A stretch of 64,000 nt of DNA from Mytilus edulis. Lineage: Eukaryota. The first letter of the stretch is position 1. Each line of letters starts with the position of its first letter. A program made the translations under genes and the position numbers. The notes below the pieces were generated by a model. It saw only the letters and a program-made list of their open reading frames with translations, had not been told where the DNA came from and searched no databases. Where the stretch lies: the NCBI RefSeq assembly GCF_963676685.1, contig NC_092350.1, positions 38,626,001-38,690,000 on the forward strand, given 5' to 3'. Positions 1-11,500 of the stretch are shown in pieces.

Positions 1-261
1 GTGTGTTTCTTCGGTTTATATTTATGTAGTTTTGGTTTTACAAAATTAATCAGAAGTATCGTAAAACACGCATTTTTGTTGTTGTTGCTAATACAATATA
101 AATTATGATACTGCGTGAATGCTTCAAGTTGTTCTTGGCGATATGTACCTGCTGCGAATATGTAATCAGATGAATTGATAGATAGTTTATACGATTATAT
201 TTTTTACAGAGTATTTGGTTTCCTTTAACAATGAGATGTGGTACGATTGCCTGCTCGTCGC

Positions 262-372
262 CTTTGTTCCTTTGTTTTAGTATTTTGTTCCTTTGTCACT
301 TCCTTTGTTTTAGTATTTTGTTCCTTTGTCACTTTCTTTGTTTTAGTATTTTGTTCCTTTGTTTTAATATTT
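262..372. repeat. ~33-bp minisatellite, about 3 copies
   Basis: Unit cctttgttttagtattttgttcctttgtcactt. Confidence 0.85.
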
Positions 373-1510
373 TGAATCGTACTACTATCACAGTATAAAA
401 TTTAACTATATTAGCTTGCCGTAGAATTAAATGTCCATTAGTACACGGTTTTGTTAAACAAACTCTTTTTTAAATTCTGTAGAAATATATATATATATAT
501 CTATATCTATATATTTTGACTTTTCTAAACACACAGAAGAAATTTATTACCCAGCACATGTTATTAATATATATGCAAAATAAAAGTGAACGGTTCATTC
601 AGTTTTGTGATCTGTTCATTTCATTTATAATTAACCCTGGTAAAGTTCATTCGTTTAGTAGAGTACGTTTATTGTCAATCAAGCATAGGTTAGGTTCTCA
701 AACATTTTTAACCCCGCCACATGTTGTATGTGCCTATTCCATTTCGGGAACCTGTGGTACATTGGTGTCATTGGTTCATGTATGTCGTTCGTGTTTTTTG
801 TACATGATTTTGTTATAAATCATGCCGTTTGTTTTCTCAATTCTTCAGTGAATTTTTCCATATTTGTCATGTTGGGGCCTTTATTGTACTGTATGGGTTT
901 CCCCCATTGTTGAAGGCCGTACGGTTGCCGAAAATTGCTTAAATCCCCTTCATTAGAACGTGGAAAGATCTCATTGGCAATTATACCACATCTCCTTTTT
1001 TATAACAACAATGAATGATATCGATCTCAGTGCATCAGGTTTTTTTTCTGGAGGAACCCCTATCAGGTACACTTGAGACCAAAGGTTTTGAAAGTCTTTG
1101 ACATAAAAAGTTTCAAACTTCTAAACAGTGGTACGTAGAATTGCTACGCGACATCGCCATTGTTACGGAATGAGAAAACGTTCACGAGCGCACATGTTAG
1201 TACTTATTCTTACTATACTTTTATATAAATTGTATTCTCGAGAACGTGAAGAAACAACGAAAACTAGGAGATAACTAAAAAGTTTAATTAATATAAAAAA
1301 ATATAACCAAGATTAAAAACAATAGTAGTTTGAATAAATTAAGAGTGTGGTTTGCATATTGTATGTTCTACATGAAATAGGGTCAAACTAAGAGCATGCA
1401 CGGCTAGCCAGTGTGCTGTTGATCGATCGTTTGTGTTTTTGTCACGTGACGACAAGGAGTTCGGCAGGTACTGTTTCTACGTAGAATGACGTAGGCAGTT
1501 TCATTCGCAG

Positions 1511-4500
1511 TTATTTAGCCAATGATCCAACACCAAATCCATGAGGTCCAAAGTTCTTTGCATAACATCCTGTAAAAAAATAAAAACTTTCAGTTAACAC
1601 TTCATGAGTGAAGATGCATACATTTATTAATTCAACATAATACGAATCTATGATACTTGCATTGATTGTTGTATAAAAGTGAAACAGTCCTAATCTTTAA
1701 AAAAAAAATGTCCCTTTACAAAAGAATAATATCATAATTTATATATGTTGCGTAAAAATTATTAGCCTTTATTTCCCATAGTCAAACCTTATTACATAAC
1801 TTAACCAGATGCTCCGCAGGGCGCATCTTTATACGACCGCAGAGGTTGAACCCTGAACGGTTGGGGCAAGTATGGACACAACATTCAAGCTGGATTCAGC
1901 TCTAAATTTGGATTGTGATTAAAAAGTTGACACAGCATAGGTTTCTGACACAGAATGAATGTGGTCTAATGAACTTAAAATATTTTTTTTAATTTTTGAG
2001 CAATTCACTATGCTGTTGAATATTAATCCTCTCAAAAAAATGTTTGAAGAAATTTTCTTTTTATTTATGAAATCTGAAATGAAAAAAATTTAACCCCCCC
2101 CCCCCCCATTTTTTTTCACATCCCCCTTTCCCTTTTTCCAAAACTGATCTCAATTCAAATTTCTAATGGAGTTTGCAACAATAACTACTCATTTAAATAC
2201 ATCATAAAATATTAAAATGTAAAATAAAGTGCTTGTTATCACTGAATGGTAAAGATTGTTTTAATTTATCAGTTGGTAGTAAAAGTGAATATACATTGTA
2301 TATTGTATAAAACAATGATTTAAGTTGATTCAACTACTATTCTGGACAAAGAAAGATAACTCCAATTGAAAATTTCTTGCTATTGCACAATATTGTGCAA
2401 TTAGATATTTCTTGCTATTGCACAATACTGTGCAATTGAAAATATTTGCTATTGCACAATACTGTGCAATTGAAGATTTCTTGCTATTGCGCAATACTGT
2501 GCAATTGAAAATTTCTTGCTATTGCACAATACTGTGCAGTTGAAGATTTCTTGCTATTGCTGAATACTGTGCAATTGAAAATTTCTTGCTATTGCACAAT
2601 ACTTAATATAATAATTTTGGATCCTGATTTGAACCAACTTGAAAACTGGGCCCATAATCAAAAATCTAAGTACATGTTTAGATTCAGCATATCAAAAAAA
2701 GCCCAAGAATTCAATTTTTGTTAAAATCAAACTAAGTTTAATTTTGGACCCTTTGGACTTTAATGTAAACCAATTTGAAAACGGGACCAAAAATTAAGAA
2801 TCTACATACACAGTTATTTTTGGCATATCAAAGAACCCCAATTATTCAATTTTTGATGAAACCAAACAAAGTTTAATTTTGGACCCCGATTTGGACCAAC
2901 TTGAAAACTGGGCCAATAATAAAATAATCTAAGTACATTTTTAGATTCAGCATATCAAAGAACCCCAAGGATTCATTTTTTTGTTAAAATCAAACTAAGT
3001 TTAATTTTGGACCCTTTGGACCTTAATGTAAACCATGTGGAAATAGGACCAAAAATTAAGAATCTACATACACAGTTAGATTCGGCATATCAAAGAACCC
3101 AAATTATTCAATTTTTGATGAAATCAAACAAAAGTTCAATTTTGGACCCTTTGGGCCACTTATTCCTAAACTATTGGGACCAAAACTCCCAAAATTAAAC
3201 CCAACCTTCCTTTTATGGTCATAAACCTTGTATTTAAATTTCATAGATTTCTATTTACTTACACTAAAGTTATGGTGCGAAAACCAAGAATAATGCTAAT
3301 TTTGCCCCTTTTTGCCCCCTTATTCCTAAACTGTTGGGACCTCAACTCCCAAAATCAATCCCAACCTTCCTTTTGTGGTCATAAACCTTGTGTTTAAATT
3401 TCATTGATTTCTATTTAATTATAGTAAAGTTATTGTGCGAAAACCAAGAATAATGCTTATTTGGGCCCTTTTTTGGTCCCTAATTCCTAAACTGTTGGAA
3501 CCAAAACTCCCAAAATCAATCCCAACCTTTCTTTTGTGGTCATAAACCTTGTGTCAAAATTTCATAGATTTCTATTTTCTTAAACTAAAGTTATAGTGCG
3601 AAAACCAAGAAAATGCTTATTTGGGCCCTTTTTGGCCACTAATTCCTAAAATGTTGGGACCAAAACTCCCAAAATCAATCCCAACCTTCCTTTTGTGGTC
3701 ATAAACCTTGTGTTAAAATTTCATAGATTTCTTTTCAATTTTACTAATGTTAGGGTGCGAAAACTAAAAGTATTCGGACGACGACGACGCCGACGACGAC
3801 GACGACGACGCCAACGTGATACCAATATACGACCGAAAAATTTTCAATTTTTGCGGTCGTATAATAAGTACATCGAACAAATTGAATAAACATATTCTGT
3901 GAATGACTTTATGTGGAGAGTCTCTTGTGGAGAGTTCAAATTGTCACATTGGCAATCCTACCACATCTTCTTTTTTTTATATTTACCTTTGCAGTATATT
4001 TCTATCTCGTGTCTGCATAGTGTTGTAGAATCTACAGCCTTGTTACACTCCTTACATTTACTGCAACCTTTATGCCAAGCCTAAAACAAACAAAAGAAGA
4101 ATGTTCATGATCTACACAGGTCAATGACTGACTGTGGTCGTCATACTCTACTATTTTAAATTTGTAAAGGGGCATAACTATAGAAAAGTAAAAGTGACAC
4201 CACCTAAATTCAATAAGCATTGCGTAGAAGTTTCATAACCTTTTTTTAGGCAAACTAGAGAACGAAAATAAATATGATGGAAATGGATCGGGTCAGAATG
4301 TTTCATTAATCATTCCATGGTGAAAAGACACTTTTAAAAACAATAGATATCTCAAACAAGCGATCTTATAACTTACATCTGTTAGTCCTATAGCTCGTTC
4401 AGCTTCATACACAGTTTTGCCACATCTAGGACAATGAGGACCGGGTCCAGAGTTTGAAGGTCCAACATGCTGCTCCCTTGGACGATTGCTATAAATAAAT

Positions 4501-7288
4501 AAAATATAATTTTTACAATTGAAAGATTTCAAAAACCTTGTTTTTGGTCCTATTCCACTGTTTTATAATAATCATAGTTTGATAATAAATTGTGTTACCA
4601 CGTAACATATATAACATAAACCATTGTACATAAGGCTTTACGTTGTGTGAGTTTGAAGAAGAGGTGAGTAAAATTATCAATTACCGTTCAATCCATCCAA
4701 TGTTAACTCTCCATCTACTTCAACATTTTTAAACAGCCCCACGATTTTTCACCGATCGTGTGGTAAAATGGATATCCATCTATCTATTTTAATATTAACA
4801 GCACCGCGATTTTTCACCGACCGTGTGGTAAACTGGAATCCCAATCGATGATAATCTTACCTCATCTCACTATCTTTGTTTCCAAACTGTGATCCGGTTT
4901 CCATACTGAGTGCACCGGCTCCTTGACCAAATCCGTAGCCCTTCGGACCGAATTTCTTTCCGTGACATCCTTTACAATACACACGACCTTCATGCTCAGC
5001 TACAGTTGTACTCTCTAACAATTTATTGCACAAACCTAGAATAAGAACAACATACATGAATAAATGTATTATTATGATTGAGTGCACACATTTTATTTTC
5101 TAGTGTCGTGTTGGATGTCCATTTACACGACTACAGCATACACGTACAGTAATTGAACTTGCACTTTTAATTAGTAAATTATTAATTTCATTTTTCTTAC
5201 ATGCATGTTTATCATTAATTGTTTTATCTCATTTATTAGAGCAGCTAACTGCATTTACTATTGGGACTATCCTCTTGGAAAAAAGATTATTTAGTTTTAT
5301 TTATTTGTTACAATAACAGATTACATTGTTTGAATTTTGTTATATATACGTCTGCTCTATGGTCGGGTTGTTGTCTCTTTGACACATTCCCCATTTCCGT
5401 TCTCAATTGGGAAAATATTAAAGCTACATTTTTTAATTGCAGTTTAGGTGAGAACTAAACGGTTTCGGGAACAATACAGCTATTATAACCTAAATTTATA
5501 CCAGAGCAAAATCAGTAATAATTATAGTATAACTAATCGCCGTATTTGAATATCAAAAATAAGACAACGCGATTGACCAAATTTTTATTGAAAATAAATA
5601 TGATGGAAATGGATCGGGTCAGAATGTTTCATTAATCATTCCATGGTGAAAAGACACTTTTAAAAACAATAGATATCTCAAACAAGCGAAGTGCTGTTTT
5701 CCCAAATTCCGTTTAGTTTTGATTTTTTTTTTAATTAATTAGTTTTTAAAATTAGAAATGGGTTGAGCTTAACCGACCAAATGATAACGTATTTGCTCAA
5801 AATATAGAATCTCGCCTGTGGTTGTGTGTTTATATCAAATATCATTCTATTAATCAGTTTTTCGTTAAGTATTTTTGAGTAGATGTTTAGATATTTGCTA
5901 GTCTGCGAAATTTATTCTCAATGCGTTTAGTCTCAGAGCAATTTTATGAGATTGGCCTATAATATTGTTTATACACTTGTCTTAGAAGACCACATTGTGT
6001 CCTTTAAGAATTACAATAAAGAGATGTGGTATGACTGCCAATGACACTTGTCTTAGAATACCATATTGTGTCCTTTAAGAATTACAATAAGGAAATGTGG
6101 TATGACTGCCAATGAGAAAATTTCCACCCGAGACCAAAAATAGCAAAGAATTTAACACCTGAAGCCAGAATGTCATAGTACGACTTTTTTTAAACAACGA
6201 GTACAACCTATACCGCATATGAAACAAGAATGTTTCCAAAGTACACGGATGCCCCACTCGCATTATCATTTTCCGTGTTCAATGGACCGTGAAATTGGGT
6301 AAAAAATCTAATTTGGCCTTAAAAGTAAAAAGATCAGCCAATAGGGAACATGTGTACTAAGTTTCAAGTAGATTGGACTTTAACTTCATCAAAAACTACC
6401 TTGACCAAAAACTTTAACCTGAAACTCACACTTTTAATTTCTATGTTCAGTGGACCATGAAAATGGGGTCAAAAGTCTAATTTTGTTTTAAAATAAGAAA
6501 GATCATATCATAAGATACATGTGTACTTTTCAAGTTGATTGGACTTCAGCTTCATCAAAAATTACCTTGACCAAAAACTTTAACCTGAAGTTGGACGAAC
6601 GGAAGGACAGACGAACGGACAGACAGACTGACGAACGTACAGACGGACGAACGTACAGACGGAAGGACACACAGACCAGAAAACATAATGCCCCCTCTAC
6701 TATCGTAGGTGGGGCATAACTATAATGTTTTGATTGTATTGTGTTGTTCGTTTACAGTTTTATTTATCTGATACATAAATCTCCATCACATGCGAGAATA
6801 AATCAATAAAACATTTCTGAATTTATAGAAAATGTGTCGAGCATCTTATTTCCGTGTTTCCCCTTCAAATTGGAAAGGGATTAGAGACATACGACTGCAC
6901 AAACAAACGAGTCAATTTATGTATGGGAATATACAGCTTTAAATCGTTCATGTTCAACAGATATAAAGAGGTATAATCAATGTATAACACTTTTTTCTAT
7001 TGATATAGTGTTAGTTGACCCCCCCCCCCCCTCTTAGTTTTTTATTCATTTGTTCAAATCTACAATACGTTTTTTTTTTATAGCATGTAATCTGGAATTT
7101 GGTTTTTATCAAATTCACGATAATTGAGCCATAAAAGTTTGTTCTTCTATGATCTCATTTTTTAATCACTTACCACATTTAAAGCACATTTTGTGCCATT
7201 TTTTACCAGCTCCTAACTTTTCTTCAGCTGCATACACAGCGCTTCCACAAGCTGGACAGATCGACCTCTCTGGTGGTTTGAAAGGCAT
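1511..7288 (-). CDS. CSRP: Cysteine- and glycine-rich protein / muscle LIM protein (CRP family), 184 aa; coding exons 7288-7174, 5035-4861, 4488-4377, 4080-3987, 1569-1511
   Basis: Spliced translation [81 protein letters not shown]...[69 protein letters not shown]. Two LIM domains, each followed by the Gly-rich FGPxGxG motif. All introns GT-AG with phases 1,2,0,1; total 555 nt. Confidence 0.95.
1803..3866 (+). mobile_element. Helentron-type non-autonomous element (HINE/DINE-like) with internal satellites, in the last CRP intron
   Basis: Sub-terminal tttatacgaccgca near the 5' end is matched by the terminal hairpin tatacgaccgaaaaatt..aatttttgcggtcgtata. Contains a (GAC)n microsatellite, a ~35-bp array at 2363-2600 and longer tandem units at ~2620-3770. 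Confidence 0.75.
6222..6719 (+). mobile_element. HINE-like element; related copies at ~21623-21865 and, degenerate, ~36227-36636
   Basis: Shared 5' aagaatgt..agtacacggatgccc, GACA/GACG microsatellite and terminal hairpin atgcccc..ggggcat. Confidence 0.7.
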
Positions 7289-7668
7289 TGTTTACTGCAA
7301 AATAAATAATTGCCTTAAAAACGAGAACATTTTCTGAGTTGATCAACTCCATAAAATTATTGCTTCGAAACTACTCTTAGAATCAATACTTCTGGTGATA
7401 ATGTGTATATTACTTCAGTAACCTTTCAGTAAATCGGTGAGATCTATCTCTAAAATATAATCTTTTTAATAGGAGTAATTTATATGCGATGCCCATCTGT
7501 TTTAATTTTATGATTTTGGCTGTCAGATCTCAACAATACTGATTTCAACCCATACACAATCTTATGTTTTTAATCTACCATGATATAATCCTATCATTGA
7601 CTGGTTCCTTCTGTTAGTAATACCTATACTTCGATGATGATACGTTATCAAATCGTAAAAATCAAAAG

Positions 7669-7830
7669 CAGTGGCGGATCCAGAGGGGGGGTTCCGGGGG
7701 TCCGCACCCCCCCTTTATTTTGGCCGATCAATGCATTTGAATCGGGACATATGTTTGCACCCCCCCCCTGCACCCCCCCTTTGTCCTGGGCTAGCACCCC
7801 CCCTTTCGAAAATTCCTGCATCCGCCACTG
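7669..7830. mobile_element. G/C-rich MITE with CAGTGGCGGAT TIRs and a 5-bp TSD (AAAAG)
   Basis: aaaag|cagtggcggatccag ... ctgcatccgccactg|aaaag. Confidence 0.85.
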
Positions 7831-8277
7831 AAAAGTATATACTTATAAAGTACAATGAAATGTATATATACAGTTTACTTAAAACTAATAAGATTAATAG
7901 CTATCAATAAATATAGTGTCAATTTTAATCTACTTGATTTTTTTGTAAATTTAGTTTGTACGAGCTTATATTTCAGCAGAAGTTGATGTTCGTGTTAATT
8001 AATCTTGCAGTCGTAGCGAAGTAAATTTGGCAGCTTCATGTAAATAACTTACTTCACATAGGTGACTCACATAATTTATCACGATCTGTGTATATACATT
8101 CCAAATTTTACATAAACAAATGTGAAAATACGTCATTGTTTTCTAACTATAATGAACAAAAGCAATTGAAAATCTCCTAAATCACAATGGACACTTGTAC
8201 GACTATTGTCATATTAGTATTAAATAAATTATTTTTTTAAATTTTGTTTTTTAAGATAACGGATTGTTTTTTTAAAT

Positions 8278-8287
8278 CTAAAAATAG
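8278..8287. promoter_or_regulatory. Candidate MEF2 site upstream of the CRP coding start
   Basis: CTAAAAATAG is an exact CTA(A/T)4TAG match, ~1 kb 5' of the ATG; chance matches are common in AT-rich DNA. Confidence 0.3.
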
Positions 8288-9847
8288 ACAGAATGTTTCT
8301 TTAAGTTGAGATCAATCTTAGTCGGGTTTAGGGAAAAAAGGGGGGACAGTTGGGTCTCCCTCACCTTGTGGAGCTACATTTATGGTTAATAAATATACTG
8401 TATATGTTCCATCACAAACTTTGCCTAGTTAAAGGACCCATTTTCGAAATCCTGGAAATTATATACATGTATTACACTTAGAAAATTCATTAGGTTGTGG
8501 CCTTCAATCAAATGATTCAATGACCATAGACTCTAACCATCAAATAATTCAGAATCCAGATACGTTTTTCTTGTTATCTTTTATCAAATAAATATCTTAC
8601 TTAAACTAAGGACTGAAAGTATTTTTCACTTCAAATATTTAAAGTTTGTTGAAATAATGTCACCAGCGCTTTCATGCTTTCATATATATAAAGTTTTTTT
8701 TAACGATTCAAAGAGAAATGATTAAATTCATAACAATATGTTGTTATTTTATTTTTAAAGGGTTATTGTATATTAATCTTTCCTAAAACAGTAAGATATA
8801 ATAGATTTTGTGAGATTGTTTTTTTAACTTTTCAAAACCCTTAATTAATATAAATTATACCATCTACTCACCTCAGTGTACGGTATCGTCAGCAGCGAAA
8901 GAAGGCTGGGAATTTGGAATTCTTTGCACACGGGACAATCTTTATGAACTTCCACCCCAACATCTTTATTTTCAGTTTTATTACAATTTTGCACACTTCA
9001 CTAATAAGAGGTTAGTAATAGGGGGGTTTGAAAAAATCTCACAACGAGTTATGCACAACACCAGGAAACTATTCAAGCTATGATTATTTCCTTAATTATA
9101 GATTTAAGGAAGTTAAAATATAAGGAGGAAGTCGTTAAGTACACAAAATCAAATAAAAATCATTTTTTTAATATTTTTTTCTTCTCACAGAACCCATCAG
9201 AACCCATATTATGCTTCAAATGGTAAACAATTTCGACATAAATGGTTCCTGCATATTTGCCTATCTCGTCATCAGCGACAAAGAGTGAATGATATAACAC
9301 AAACATTTGTAATTCAACGTAATACAATTTATAATCGGAACCACTTTCTTTTATCAATTGCGGTAGATCTATATCTAAATTGTAACTTAATAATGGAGTC
9401 TGTGCGGAAGGCTGAGGATACTTAATCTTCAAAGATTGATGAAAGCGGATTAAACGATGGGATTAATTTTCTGCCAACTGCGCGTAAACTGATTATGGGG
9501 AAATACTACACAGAGATTTTTATGATAAACGTGTATTGTACATGTTGTACTTAGGGAAAAACAATTAAAAATAATTTAGTTTGCATACATAGTTTAAAAA
9601 ATGAAGGTGACTATATAAATTATACTTGTGTGAAAAAAACATTTTCACATTCAATGCTATAGAAATTCTGAGTATAAGTTATTATCAACGAAATCATTAG
9701 AACAATATCTGTTCTCGTAATTTCAAATGTTCGTTTGTTGTATATAATAAATCAACTAACAATGTTTCTAATATACAATGATCCCAAAACATTTATTACA
9801 ATGCTCTTGTTTCAAAAAAATATTTCGTGTATAGTTAAGGTCAAACT

Positions 9848-9974
9848 TTTTTTTTGGCTTGGTGGAAGAAAATATTCAAAGTTTCGGAGCGATTTTTATG
9901 TTTATGAACATTTTTTTTTGGCTTGGTGGAAGAAAATATTCAAAGTTTCGGAGCGATTTTTATGTTTATGAACA
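9848..9974. repeat. ~63-bp tandem duplication
   Basis: tttttggcttggtggaagaaaatattcaaagtttcggagcgatttttatgtttatgaacat x2. Confidence 0.92.
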
Positions 9975-10676
9975 TTACATTTACATCAAATAAAATGACA
10001 TTGTTCATGTCTCACTCTGGAAAATACATTTTAGCTAAATCAATGTATTGTACATATAAGATAAAGTCAGGTTTCACGAGTGACATCTAAAAATCTTCTG
10101 TTATATATAATGATTTACTATAAAGGAATCACACGTTTTATCTATTTTATAAAACTAAAAGGGGAATACGCAGAATTGACAAGGCTTCCATTGAATCGTA
10201 CCATCTCGTATGTGTTTGTTTATCCCGTAAACAACAGAATTTTTTTTTAAATTCTAAAAAAAAATCCAGAAAAATACATTGGCTTCAATAAACGGAAAAT
10301 AGAATAAATGCTTATCGAGAATTTTCTCATTGTCAATCATACTATGTACAACATCTTCTTATTTTTATATTTTAAACTGAGTTATCCCTGAATTTCATTG
10401 GTTTCTTTGTCCAAATGAATATTCAGTTTTTTTGTAAATAAAATGTTAAAATGTGACTATTGGATGTTTTTCTTTCATTCATCTGCAATTGCTATTGCAT
10501 TCATACCCCTTTCCAATTTCTCTGATTACCCCTTGAGTATGTTCTCATGTTTCTTTGGTCAATGTCCTCTTTCTGTTGTATAAACAACCCTCAAAATGTA
10601 TTATTAATAAACCGTTCATTGACTCTTTGTTGTTACACATTCCATAGCTATATGGCTGCCTCAGATATTCAACCTT

Positions 10677-11474
10677 TTATATGGAAAATGATTCATCTAG
10701 CTGTATAAATGAGTCGCAATCTAAATGCATAATGTACTGGAATGGTAAATATCTTTTTTTTTTCTTTTTTGTGTCGTAGTGGGTCTTTGACATTGACGTA
10801 CTAGTATTATAACCGAACTCTTCGTTTAATTTAGAATTAAGTACATATAAACCATACAAATATAGACCACAACTGTAGATATTTTCTCCGTTTTTTTTAT
10901 CTAAAAATCGTTGAAGTGCTTTGTCATTGACGAAGATCACACAACTATTCCTTTTATCTGAAAGTAAGTACATATACCATACAGGTAGAAAGCAACTGTA
11001 GTGATTTTCTCCTTCGTGATATATACATTTTGCGATTAAGATGTTTTTGTTGACAAAGTGAATAAATATACAATAGTTCATGTATGTTGTCTCCTCATGC
11101 AGTAACAATAAGATAAAATTGGATTCGATTAATGAATGGTAACATCTGGGTGTTGTATGTTTATGGCATACCATCCTTAACGAAAATCGAATATCAGATG
11201 ATATTTTGTCAATCAACATTTTTTTTTCCATATCTATCCTTTGACATCTAGCAAAAATAAAATAAAATGAAAAATGGTCGTACACGATAATTGACCGGAT
11301 TCTAAATACTATTTCATAAGTGGATGTGTTTGAAAAAGTGTCCTCAACTTCTAATAGCCAGTCGTTGAAATACAAAATGTATGTTACAGTTTGGCCGTTG
11401 ATTCTAGTTATATTGTGAAAAAAAAAGTGCACCGATCTACCTGATATTTTCGAAAAACAAACAGTAACAAACAT
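10677..11474 (-). other. 265-codon ORF of uncertain status, head-to-head with the 577-aa gene
   Basis: Uninterrupted reading frame starting at ATG, but F/I/Y/K-rich with homopolymer runs and no recognisable motif. Confidence 0.25.
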
Positions 11475-11500
11475 TATGACATGAAATAATTAAATAAACA

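Noticed and set aside
2363-2600. Regular ~35-bp repeats resembling a CRISPR array
   Set aside because: Head-to-tail units with no unique spacers, inside a HINE in a eukaryotic intron; no cas genes.
3695-3889. Poly-Arg ORF
   Set aside because: Translation of the (GAC)n microsatellite of a HINE.
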